Shown here: piece after piece, positions 1 through 10,200 of the stretch
Layout of the letters: each line of letters opens with the position of its first letter
Position numbering within the stretch: the first letter of the stretch is position 1
Virus record (IMG/VR): IMGVR_UViG_3300029610_000357
Span: 1-52,284 of that record
Reading direction: 5' to 3' (one strand)
Source: a virus
Taxonomy: Duplodnaviria; Heunggongvirae; Uroviricota; Caudoviricetes
DNA length: 52,284 bases
The notes under the pieces: generated by a model
The model's database searches: none
Told to the model about the DNA's origin: nothing
Seen by the model: only the letters and a program-made list of their open reading frames with translations
Position numbers and translations under genes: made by a program

Positions 1-339
1 ATGTACAATACAACAAACATTCCAAAAGCTACTAAGAGGGTCAACATCTCAGGAGACACACCTCCTGACATCTGGATGTCTATGTTAGATTCTTATGGTA
101 AGCTTCAAAAATTCCACATCAGAGAATTACTCCTACAGGGTACTAGAAAAGAAACCAACTCAGCAAGGCAAGAGCGTGAAGTAGAATATTACAAAAGCAG
201 AATAGAAGTGTTAGAACGATTTAACATCTCTACAAAGACAAAGATACTAAAATACATTCCATCATCTGGCACATGGTATCTCTGCGGAGAATATGCAGAC
301 TTATTACGATCACAGAGTTACTTGAACAACATGAAATAG
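1..339 (+). CDS. hypothetical protein, convergent with the late operon (true start may lie outside the window)
   Basis: 112-aa ORF ending just before a hairpin at 375-406; no recognisable motif. Confidence 0.55.
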   Translation: MYNTTNIPKATKRVNISGDTPPDIWMSMLDSYGKLQKFHIRELLLQGTRKETNSARQEREVEYYKSRIEVLERFNISTKTKILKYIPSSGTWYLCGEYADLLRSQSYLNNMK

Positions 340-366
340 AAGATATGTGTAGAGTATCAAAATCGT

Positions 367-406
367 AAAAAAATAGGGTACACCAGAAATTAATCTGATG
401 TACCCT
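367..406 (-). terminator. intrinsic terminator ending the lysis/late operon (possibly bidirectional)
   Basis: agggtacaccaga...tctgatgtaccct inverted repeat with A-tract at 367-373 (U-tract on minus strand). Confidence 0.65.
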
Positions 407-500
407 TAAATTCTTTATCACTAACAAACAAAACTAATAAAGAAAATATCGACTGATCGCCAGATCAATCATAACTGTTTCTTATATCTTTTCATATCCC

Positions 501-1232
501 TTAGCATTTCTTTGTATAAGACAGTTTAATCCAACCATCTTTAGTTTTACCCCAACCATTCTTAACAGCTTTGATTGCAACTGTTGTGCCTTTCTTGTAA
601 GCATCTCTAGCAATGGCAGCCGTTGTAGATGGAGATTTACGCACCTTCAGAGCAGAAGCAGTTACTTTCACTTTGTAAGATTTTAACTTAGAAGATGCTT
701 TTGGTTTTACTACTGTAGAACCAGAAATGTCTGCTTTGAATTTAGCCCACTGTTTATTATTTTTTCCACACCAAGGTTCTGGGCACCGTTTTCCATTTGT
801 GTCCCAATGACGAATAACATGACTAGCAGGGATATTATATTTTTTCATTAGTTTTTTTGTTAATGCAACAGCATTATTGTATGTCTTTTTAGAAACGCCA
901 TTAGCTACACCTGCCATTTCAATACTCAGACTGTTTGCGTTTGTGCAGTTTTTATAATATTTTCCTGCCCCATTTGCTTGAGTGAAGAAACCTCCAACCG
1001 CCCATGCTATTCTGTTAACAGGAACAGATTTCCATACAATATCTTCATCATCAATAAAATAATGTGCGCCAGCAGATCTAGTGTTACCAGTAGCAAAATA
1101 ATCTGCGTTATTCTTTGCACTATCTTTCTCCCCACCTGTGAAATGGATTACAATAAACTTAATAGAACTCGTGCTACGTTTACTTCCGTAGCTCACGCTC
1201 TTTGCCGTTCTTGTTTTGAATTTTAATGCCAT
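501..1232 (-). CDS. endolysin, N-acetylmuramoyl-L-alanine amidase (Amidase_2 type) with C-terminal SH3b-like domain
   Basis: Motifs IVIHFTG, AHYFID, AWAVG, SLSIEM, VIRHWD..GKRCP; C-terminal ALKVRKSPS...NGWGKTKDGWI; ATG at 1232 with AAGGAAG upstream. Confidence 0.92.
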   Translation of the reverse strand: MALKFKTRTAKSVSYGSKRSTSSIKFIVIHFTGGEKDSAKNNADYFATGNTRSAGAHYFIDDEDIVWKSVPVNRIAWAVGGFFTQANGAGKYYKNCTNANSLSIEMAGVANGVSKKTYNNAVALTKKLMKKYNIPASHVIRHWDTNGKRCPEPWCGKNNKQWAKFKADISGSTVVKPKASSKLKSYKVKVTASALKVRKSPSTTAAIARDAYKKGTTVAIKAVKNGWGKTKDGWIKLSYTKKC

Positions 1233-1331
1233 AAATATCAAACTTCCTTTCTTTTATCTAAAAAGAGCAGTCACCATAACAGCAACTGCTCAATAACTAA
1301 TTATTCAATTACTAATTACTCACTTAGCAAA

Positions 1332-1745
1332 TTACCCAACAATATCGTCAGATTCTTTACCTTCAGTAGCATCATCTAATTCTTTTTCAAATAAATCCTT
1401 ATCAACTTTTACGATCACGTCTTTTTGACCAATCTTATTCTTAATTTCCTCAGCCTCTTCAAGAGTTAATCTACCGTCTCTCAGAGCGTAAGCAATTTCA
1501 TCTGCAAACTGAGCTGTCCATGTAAAACTATGATTTTTCCAATCTCCATACAGAGATGTTCCAACTACAAAAGCAATACCAACTACTTGGTTAATCACAT
1601 CTTCATGTACGTCAATCACTGGTTTGCCTGCCGCAGTTAATCCCATATTGATCCAAGCTAACACCTGTAAAATCAGGCTCACAACAGTATGTGGTTTTAC
1701 TTCACTCCAATTAATACTTGCCAAAAATTCTTTAAATTTGTTCAT
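1332..1745 (-). CDS. phage holin (SPP1/phiLC3-like)
   Basis: Two hydrophobic segments then WKNHSFTWTAQFAD; immediately upstream of the endolysin; AAGGAGG RBS before ATG at 1745 (ORF-track start 1847 is probably too long). Confidence 0.8.
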   Translation of the reverse strand: MNKFKEFLASINWSEVKPHTVVSLILQVLAWINMGLTAAGKPVIDVHEDVINQVVGIAFVVGTSLYGDWKNHSFTWTAQFADEIAYALRDGRLTLEEAEEIKNKIGQKDVIVKVDKDLFEKELDDATEGKESDDIVG

Positions 1746-1779
1746 AATGCAATCCTCCTTTGCAATAAAAAAAGACCTA

Positions 1780-2385
1780 TCAGAATGTTTCTTCACTCTT
1801 GATAGGCAATGCTTTGATTTCGTTATACATTTTTTCTCCGACACCATTTTGATGTAACTGATCGTGATATACTACATAAATGGCTTCGATATTCTCTAAA
1901 CCCGTAGGCGAGATTCCACCTTTGTCTTTGTAGTATTTATGAGCCTGCTTGATCCTATCTCTCAATAACGCAGCAACTCCATTCACTAATGCTGTATCTG
2001 TGCCACAGGCATCATCTAGCTTTTGAGCTAATTCAGCAGTGTGTTGGAATAATCTATTCATATTGACCCTTTGTTCACTTAACATTTCTGCTTGTTCGCT
2101 AACCATTTTCTTGATCTCTTGGACATTCTTATTCTGGTTGTCAAGTATCTCTGTTAGCTTGGCTAATGTTTTAGTATGTTGTCGGATTATCTCTTCCTGC
2201 TTTTCAATAACTTCTTTCTGATGCTTGCGTTCAAGAGTCGCTTTTGTTTCAATCCCAAATCTCTCAATCAAGTTACTCACAGTGCCAAAAAATTTATCTA
2301 AAAACAACAGAAGTGCAAAGATAAAAACTATCAATGCACTCCCATGTTGAGATAAAAATTTTACAATTGTTTCTAATTCACTCAT
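1780..2385 (-). CDS. membrane-anchored coiled-coil protein of the lysis module (holin-associated)
   Basis: N-terminal TM helix, coiled coil, C-terminal LLRDRIKQ..YY...NGVGEKMYNEIKALP typical of Firmicutes phage lysis-region proteins; RBS AGGAAGG before ATG 2385. Confidence 0.65.
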   Translation of the reverse strand: MSELETIVKFLSQHGSALIVFIFALLLFLDKFFGTVSNLIERFGIETKATLERKHQKEVIEKQEEIIRQHTKTLAKLTEILDNQNKNVQEIKKMVSEQAEMLSEQRVNMNRLFQHTAELAQKLDDACGTDTALVNGVAALLRDRIKQAHKYYKDKGGISPTGLENIEAIYVVYHDQLHQNGVGEKMYNEIKALPIKSEETF

Positions 2386-2434
2386 GTCTTTTACCTTCCT
2401 AATACATAAAATCACTCCTCTTTCTCAACTAAAA

Positions 2435-2863
2435 TCACCAAACATATTCTGGTTTTTCTTCTCCAAATAATAAATATCTCAACCAATCATCAACAACGAT
2501 ACACACGGCACTCAGTAGAATCCATAAGATTGTATAAGGTAAGCAAATCTGCCCACACAGATTAAAAGGCATCTGAGAATAGTCCCAAATGCCTAAACCT
2601 AACCATAAATTTAAAACACATCCTGCAATGAATTCCATTACGGTAACAATCAATCCTCCGAGAACCATTTGCTCACGAAGTGGCATAAGATGGTAGAAGA
2701 AGCGACTGTTATTAATTAATCCAATAAGAATAAAGCAAGTACCACCTAGCACTCCCATTGTCCAGTGTGTATATCCTCGCCAGATGATCTCAATACCGCA
2801 GTATGCGAACGCCCCAATCAGAAACAGGATGAGATATTTACATGATTTCTTTACATGCAACAT
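2435..2863 (-). CDS. multi-pass membrane protein (DUF1113 / putative ABC transporter type IV-like)
   Basis: Four hydrophobic segments; RGYTHWTM, EFIAG, IWDYSQMPFNLCGQICL motifs. Confidence 0.7.
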   Translation of the reverse strand: MLHVKKSCKYLILFLIGAFAYCGIEIIWRGYTHWTMGVLGGTCFILIGLINNSRFFYHLMPLREQMVLGGLIVTVMEFIAGCVLNLWLGLGIWDYSQMPFNLCGQICLPYTILWILLSAVCIVVDDWLRYLLFGEEKPEYVW

Positions 2864-2865
2864 GT

Positions 2866-3282
2866 CTATTCACCTTCTTTTTGATCTTCATCCTTGCAGA
2901 TAAGTTGTAATGTCATAATATCTCCAGAAATACTTCCTGAGTAGTTCTCAAGCACATCACATAATTCATCGAAAGTCATTCTGATCTTATGTAACTCAAC
3001 CCCAGAATCTTCAACACATAAAGGATTAAACTCTGCTAAAAATCTCTGTCCATTCTCATTCTGTGAATCACTAATCTGTGCATCAGAAGTGATCTCATAC
3101 TTCTGTAAGAGTTTTGTTTTTTCTTCAAAATACTCTTTGAGTTCTCCCTGCATTTTTCTAATATTCTTAGCAAGTCCTACAGTCAGCACACATGGAGCTG
3201 GCTCACTGTTTTTTGTAAGAGATGCATAAATTGTGCTTAGTTGAGTTAAGATCATATCTGCCTGCATATTTGTCATTTCCAT
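2866..3282 (-). CDS. hypothetical protein
   Basis: 138-aa ORF, AAGGAG RBS, in operon. Confidence 0.7.
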   Translation of the reverse strand: MEMTNMQADMILTQLSTIYASLTKNSEPAPCVLTVGLAKNIRKMQGELKEYFEEKTKLLQKYEITSDAQISDSQNENGQRFLAEFNPLCVEDSGVELHKIRMTFDELCDVLENYSGSISGDIMTLQLICKDEDQKEGE

Positions 3283-3313
3283 ATTAAAATTCTCCTTTTC
3301 TCTGTTAAACTAT

Positions 3314-4129
3314 TTATTCTTCAGTTGTAACTGAATCTTTTCCTGTCTCATCCGTCTTGTCTTCTCCTTCGGAAGGAGTAGAAGTTTCTGTTGACTGCAC
3401 AGGAATCACTTCGTATTTAATTTCGATCTTGTCTAATTCTTCTTTGCTAGAAGAACTAAAAATCTGTTGCTTAATTACATTCATCTGCTGAAAGTAAGGA
3501 TAGACAAATGCCTTGATCATTGCTGTTAATTGCACAAATTCCTCAGCAGTGAATGTTTCACACGCACTCTTTTTACTATGCCATTCAAGAACTACCTGTT
3601 GACCAGCGGCAGTAAGAGCCTGATACTGCATAAAGTTCAGAGCCATTTCATTCTGATCTTCTTCAGATACTCCATAAGGCTTACCATTGAATTCCACACT
3701 CTGACTTGCTAAGAACTCAGCGAGAGCAGTTTTGTTTTTCTCCTGTAAATAGTTCTTGTACTCATCAATAGTTAATGTATTAATATCTACGATTTGATTA
3801 ACTTTTTCATCAAGTCGTTGCACCTGTTCTACAATGTTTGCTCTTGTAAGAGATACGATCAGTGCGTCTTCCCATTCTCCATTAGAATTGTTATACAATC
3901 CTTGCTGTAAAGAGATTTCTTTATAATTGTTAAAGCATGTGTAAGTTGCAATCTGCACATCATCTCTGTAGATGTCTAATGTTTTAAAATTTGTAAATGC
4001 TGATTTAACCGTTTTTAGATCATCTGTGCAAACGACAAGTTTACATTCCATGTCAAAACTCATAGAATTAAACTGCATAAGATTAAATACTTTGTCGTCA
4101 GAGCTATCTAATTTAACTGTATATACCAT
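3314..4129 (-). CDS. tail-fibre-associated protein (DUF4376-like C-terminal domain)
   Basis: Follows the tail fibre gene; DQNEM...WHSK...FTAEEFVQL...EELDKIEIKY pattern; AAGGTG RBS before ATG 4129. Confidence 0.6.
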   Translation of the reverse strand: MVYTVKLDSSDDKVFNLMQFNSMSFDMECKLVVCTDDLKTVKSAFTNFKTLDIYRDDVQIATYTCFNNYKEISLQQGLYNNSNGEWEDALIVSLTRANIVEQVQRLDEKVNQIVDINTLTIDEYKNYLQEKNKTALAEFLASQSVEFNGKPYGVSEEDQNEMALNFMQYQALTAAGQQVVLEWHSKKSACETFTAEEFVQLTAMIKAFVYPYFQQMNVIKQQIFSSSSKEELDKIEIKYEVIPVQSTETSTPSEGEDKTDETGKDSVTTEE

Positions 4130-4233
4130 ATGTATTTCACCTTTCTTTCTGTTTTTGAGCATACAAAAAGAGCAGTCCGAAAACTGCTCTATGTACGATC
4201 AAATTTATGTTTTATTTAGTTGTTTATCAGTTC

Positions 4234-7200
4234 TTAAAGTCTAAGTTTTGCTTCGATTGCTTGTAATCGAGTTTCTAGGTCTGCTTTTTCTTGTTTGACT
4301 TTGGCAAGTTCACCTTTTGTTGATTCTAATTCTTTATAAATATGCTGTACCATATAAGTAGTAGGAGCGATAAGTTCGTCATAACGAAGTCCATATTCTT
4401 CTGTCATGTCGTCTACACCATATAGTTCCTTTGCTTTGTCGGGATCAATAGGTCGAGAAGTGCAAATATCAAATGACTCATTGTAAGTGTCTCCATAATC
4501 ACTAAATACCTTATCAACATGTTGTGCCTTAAAACCAAAGTGATAATTATCATTGGAACTTTGTTTGAGTTGATATTTTACTGGTTCGATGTTCATATAA
4601 GCATCAATAATATTATCATCAAAAGATTCAAAATTCTTTTTGATGCGTTCGTCTGAGGTCTTTGTAAAGCCTACACGAGAAGTAACGCCATTTGTGTTGA
4701 TATACATCATTCCAGAGCCTGAGTCATTATTTACGTAAAAAGCATGATATCCAGCATAATAGTAAACATTGTTTGTGTTATTATAATATCCACATGAAAA
4801 ATAACAATCCAATTGGTTTTGCCATGTATAATGTGCGTTTTGTCCTGCATAAACCCAACTATTTGCAATAAGATCGTTGTTTGAAATAATATTGGAATCA
4901 CAACGTAGTTTGCCACATACAAGCAACTGTTCTGGCGTATTTGCTATAATTCGGCAAGTATAGTCAGCACTACTATACGCACTATGGAAATCAATAAATG
5001 GAGTATTCCCATATAATTCAATTGATCCGTTATTATCTGAATTTAGCTGAATTTTATTGTCGCCAGAAACCGCATGAATTTTGCCGTTCACCACGACATC
5101 TCCTTCTGTTTCAAGAGCATTATATTTAGATGTATCATTTGATTGAACGTATAACGCCCTTGAAGAATTTCCATATATATTTATCCCCTTAGTAGACTGT
5201 ATAGAACACCACCCCATCATGCTATCTAAACCTATGCTAAATGATGAATTAATAACATCTCCGCCAACTTGTGTAATGTTTTGTTCCATATAAATACGAG
5301 TAGCACTTATATACCCATCTTTTAGACTATATTGTGCATCATAATTCGAAGCTGAAGAAGTATTTATACAATAATCACTTTGTGCAAGTTGTATTTGGGA
5401 ATCATTATATATAAATGATCTTGTTTGCCAATAAGGAATATTATGTCCAACAGATACTTGCTGCGAAACAAAATGATTTATATATTTTTGAGATAAAATG
5501 AATGAATCTTGTATTTTCTGTTTTTGATACATTGTTTGTGCATCATAAGTCGTAGCAGAATATATTTTTATAGCATTTTCGTCAATACCAGAATATAAAC
5601 CATTTGTTGCTATATTCCAACCACCGACTGTACCTTTTGTGGCATTAATCTGTCCACTCAAGTTCGCATTCTTGGCAATCAAATTACCATTTGAATCCCA
5701 ACTCAAATTAGGACTTGTAAAGCTACCATCGTTCAGATTTAAGAATGATCCCTGCGTACCACCAGAAGAGATGTAGTTGCGAGATTTAATTGCATCTGTT
5801 GCGATTTTGTTTGCTGTGATAGAGCCATCTACAATAAGTGTTCCGCCATATATTCTACGAACAGATAGGTTTCTAATCTTTGTTGTGCCTTCAAAATAGT
5901 ATCCGTTTGATTGTAAAAATATTCGGAATTGTTTTGTAGCTGTAGAAGTAGTAATTGTAGTTTTTACGTGTGTTACTGCAGCAGCTTCAGATCCAGTTAC
6001 TCTAGTCGCATACCAAATATTTGTTGCTTTGTTTGGAAGTCCATTAGAGCCAACAGTTCCTGTATATCCATAAACACCAATGGCTACACCAATATAGTTT
6101 TTAGTGTCGGTTGAATTGTTTGCTCCCTTTGCATTGGTGGAAATATCATATTCGATAAGATAACTTTCACCACCATTACAAGGGAATGTTTCAGAAATAA
6201 ACTGATCTCGCCTAATGCCTTGCGTACTAAACCATGTACCATCTGTATCATCAGTCACTGCAAATCCATATGTAGCTGCTGTATCTCTGGTTAGCTGAGA
6301 ATAGTTCGTAAAGTCAGCTAACGCTATCTTACTAGCAGTAATAGTATTTGCTTTAATCCATCCACCATTAATCTGCGTTGTATCACTTACTGCCCCATCT
6401 GTCCATTTTTTAACCATTGAGTTAAGGCTCGTTGTTGATGAACCATTATTAGTGACCCAGTTAACTGCATTAGAAGAGTAGTTTTTAGCATCTGTTAAAG
6501 CTTGACTTGCTTTATTAGTTGCATCCTGAGAAACATCTTCAGGAGCAGGCGTCCAATCTGTGGCTTTGTTTCCTGCTTCAATCTTATATCTTCGTGTTTT
6601 GCATTCTATTGCAGTAACTCTTATATACTTTGTATTGCTTTTCAGTTCTATAATAATACTGCTTTTTTGTCTTGGATTATAAACAACAGTATTTATACAA
6701 TTTTTATCGGCATCATACTCACAATATCTTCCTGAATTATTTGTGTTTGTAAAATCTTCATATAGAGTAATTGTTATATATTTATTTCCCGAAACATCTA
6801 TCCAATCACTAGTTTGATCTCCACCGCCAGAACCAACAAAACTTCCTTTACCATCTGTAGACAAATAGCCTTCTGTGATATTTTTTTGAACTAATAAATT
6901 CCTACCACCAACCTCTAAACCATCGACTTTACTCTGTGCTACTTTTCCAATCTCATTTTTGGCATCCGTATTTAACCCACTAAAAGTAACCAACCCCTTG
7001 AAGTTAATCCTCTCAGCAACAAGATCAGCAACACGATCAGTCAAAGTAAAATTACTAGAACTATCTCCGCCCTTAACAATCCACTCAAACTTCTTAGCGG
7101 TCTGATTAGCAATAGTCTCTACATTCACGATCTTTCCGTTAACGTCCTCAGGTGCTAATGTGAAAGGTGTAGCAGAAGTACCACGCTCAATCTTTAGACA

Positions 7201-10200
7201 GATTTGTGAAATGTCGGAAGGAGTAATAGCTGTAGAGCCAGAACCCCAACGAAGAATGATTGCCATGTATTTTGCGTTACCACAGTTAATTATTTTGGGA
7301 CTTGTTAGTGATTGCCACGTATCGCCATGTGAAATTGATTTTTTATTTATATCAAACAAAACATAATAGAAGTTCAATTCTTCTTTGGATGAATTTGTAG
7401 AAGTGCCAGCAGAAATAGTGATGTTACCAGACACAGGAAATACATCTTTTGTGCGTAAACGTGATACCAGAGTTGATTTTAGAGAACCGTATGCTAAATT
7501 AGCGGTATAATTAATTGATCCTTGTTCCCAATTAGAAGGAAGATTACTTACTAAGTTCTGACCATTAATTTCATTGTCTTCAGGGGCTGGAGTGTAATCT
7601 GTGGCTTTTGTTCCACGCTCAAGTTTAGGACATGCATAATAAACTTTATCGTCTCCAGACATAGAAGCTGTTTCTTCGAATCCAATTTCGGTCATATATG
7701 TATCAGCTGCTAACATATCTTTTGTAACTGTAAATGTGACAGAATATCTTGCCCAACTTGTACCAACATTAAAACCCGAACCATTGAACCAATAAGCATT
7801 TGCATCCCCTTTGAATCGGTACGAACAATTAATGCTTTTTCCAGATGCGTTATTTGTTTTGGCGTATAAGGAGTATGTCAATGTATCTCCAACTTTAACC
7901 AATCCTCTATCAATAACATGTGATTTGAACAACCATGCCAGCTTTCCCCATTGATTTTTAACCGACCATACAGGGCATCCGTTAAATGTTTCGACTTCGT
8001 CTGTTAACCAACCAACGTTATAATAATCATTATGTGCTCTAATAGTTTGAGAATACAGCAATAAATTTCTTCCACCAATTTCAAGTCCATTAAAATCATC
8101 CTTAGTCACATAAGTTTGACTAACAGTCGTTTTAAATCCATTCATTGTTTGCTTAAAATCACTGTACTCATTCTTAAAACTTGTGAAGTTCTCACCATTG
8201 TCACCAATTACGCTCGTGACCTTACTGACTTTCGTACTAATACCCTTAATATTAGTCGTGTTTTCCACTAACTGATTTGTAATGTGAGACTGTCTAGCAA
8301 CAGGAGTACCGTAGTAACAGTTCATGAGTTGACATTCTGAGATTGTTGAAATGGTTGTACCCAATGTGAATCCTTCATAGCTGTTTTTATCATTTACAAC
8401 AACTTCAATACAGTTCCATCCTTTTACAAAGCCTAATGTCAAAGATTCACCAGTTTGACTATAAACATCACTACCACCAATCAATTTACCATTCAGATAA
8501 ATATGTGCCCCATCATCATGAGCAAATGTAATTGCAACACTTTTAGCAGCAGAGAATTTTGTAAAAGTAAGAGCGTAGCCAATATAGTTTTCCGCAGAGT
8601 TCCATTGGATACTTAAATCTGTATCATTAAATAATACCGTTCGACTAGGAGTTAAATTCTTATTCTTTGCAAAAATATCAATTGTACTTTTACCCTGATC
8701 GGTACTATCAAACAAACTCTTAGGATAAATCTCATATCTCCATTTGTTCAGTCCTTCATTCGCTTTACTAATATCACCTTTGACCAAGTTTAAATCTTGC
8801 TGATAAGTAGTCTTTTCCACTCTTTGCTCAATGGCTTGCTTGTTTTTATCCACCTTTAAACTCACGTCAGATATTTCTGATTTTGTAGATAAAATCGCTG
8901 TTTGAAGATCCTCTGGAGCAGTAGAATAACCTGTTGCAGAAGAGCCTTTTTCAAGTTTAAACTCAGAAAACCAAACAGTTCCAGCTGTTAAAAGCTTAAA
9001 GATAATGGTTATACTATATGCACTTGTTGCTTGATGTAATTTGATTTCATACTTTTGCCAATTGGTTGTAAGTGTTCTTGTAGTATCCGCACCATAGGCA
9101 TCATATCCCCATCTAACAATAAAATCAGTCGTAACACTCGCCTTTGCGTAAAATGATAATGTATAATTTTGATTTTTGGAATGAAGATTGTCAGAAGTCC
9201 TTTCAGAAATACCCCATGCAAACCATTCGAGGTCATTACTTGAATTCTTATCGCCATTGGCGGCACTAACAGTCTTTAACGTGTTGAACCCATTATGCTT
9301 TGTTGAAGTGTCAATTGAAGCAACAAGATTCGTTCCTCTAGTATGTAACCCCCAACTATTCGTTGTTCCAGTAATGGCTTCATCAGTCTTAGCAAAATTA
9401 CTATTCCAAAGCAAATTCCTACCATCACCAATATCACTCACATCATAAATCTTAGCAATACTACAAGTATCATAAAAACTACTATCATCGGCAACCGCTC
9501 TGAAAGTAATCATAGTTACAGCATCACTGTATAAACTACTATCTTTGCTAACAGTCAACACATTATTACTGACCGTCAAGCCTTTCTGTCCACTCACAAC
9601 ATCAGCGAAGCTAACTCCACCATCAATAGAATACTGCCATTTACCAAAGCTGATTTCTCCTTGAATAGTAGGTTTGATTGTAATTGTGTTTGGTGCGAAT
9701 GTCTTACCACCGTCTGTAGACTTAAAGTATTGAGATGAAGGTGTGATAGTGAGGTTTTTGGCAAGAGTTTCTTCATAAGTTGTACACCAAGGCGAAGCTT
9801 TGTCACCTTCTTCAACTTTAGGAGAAGAAATATAGAAAATATCTCCAACTGACATATTATCGTTATAGTAGAAAGAAATAGCAGAAGCTGAAGAAGTAGA
9901 AGTAACATCTTTATTTGCCACACCTGTAACTACATACTGTTGCCATTCAGTAGATAATGTAGGGTTTACATATGTTTTATTATCTAAGAACTCAGCATTA
10001 ATAACACCAGTGCTTTTAATTGAGCTACATTTGCACCATACAGAAACAGTGTAAGTTTTACCTTGTTTGATGTTACCCTCTTTAATATACTTACCTGTTT
10101 GAATAAATTTACCACCAGTACCTTGAACAGTATAAGTGATTTTTTCTGCTTGTCCGCTAGGAGTTGTCTTGTCTTCAATTGATTCTACTGTAGCAGTGTA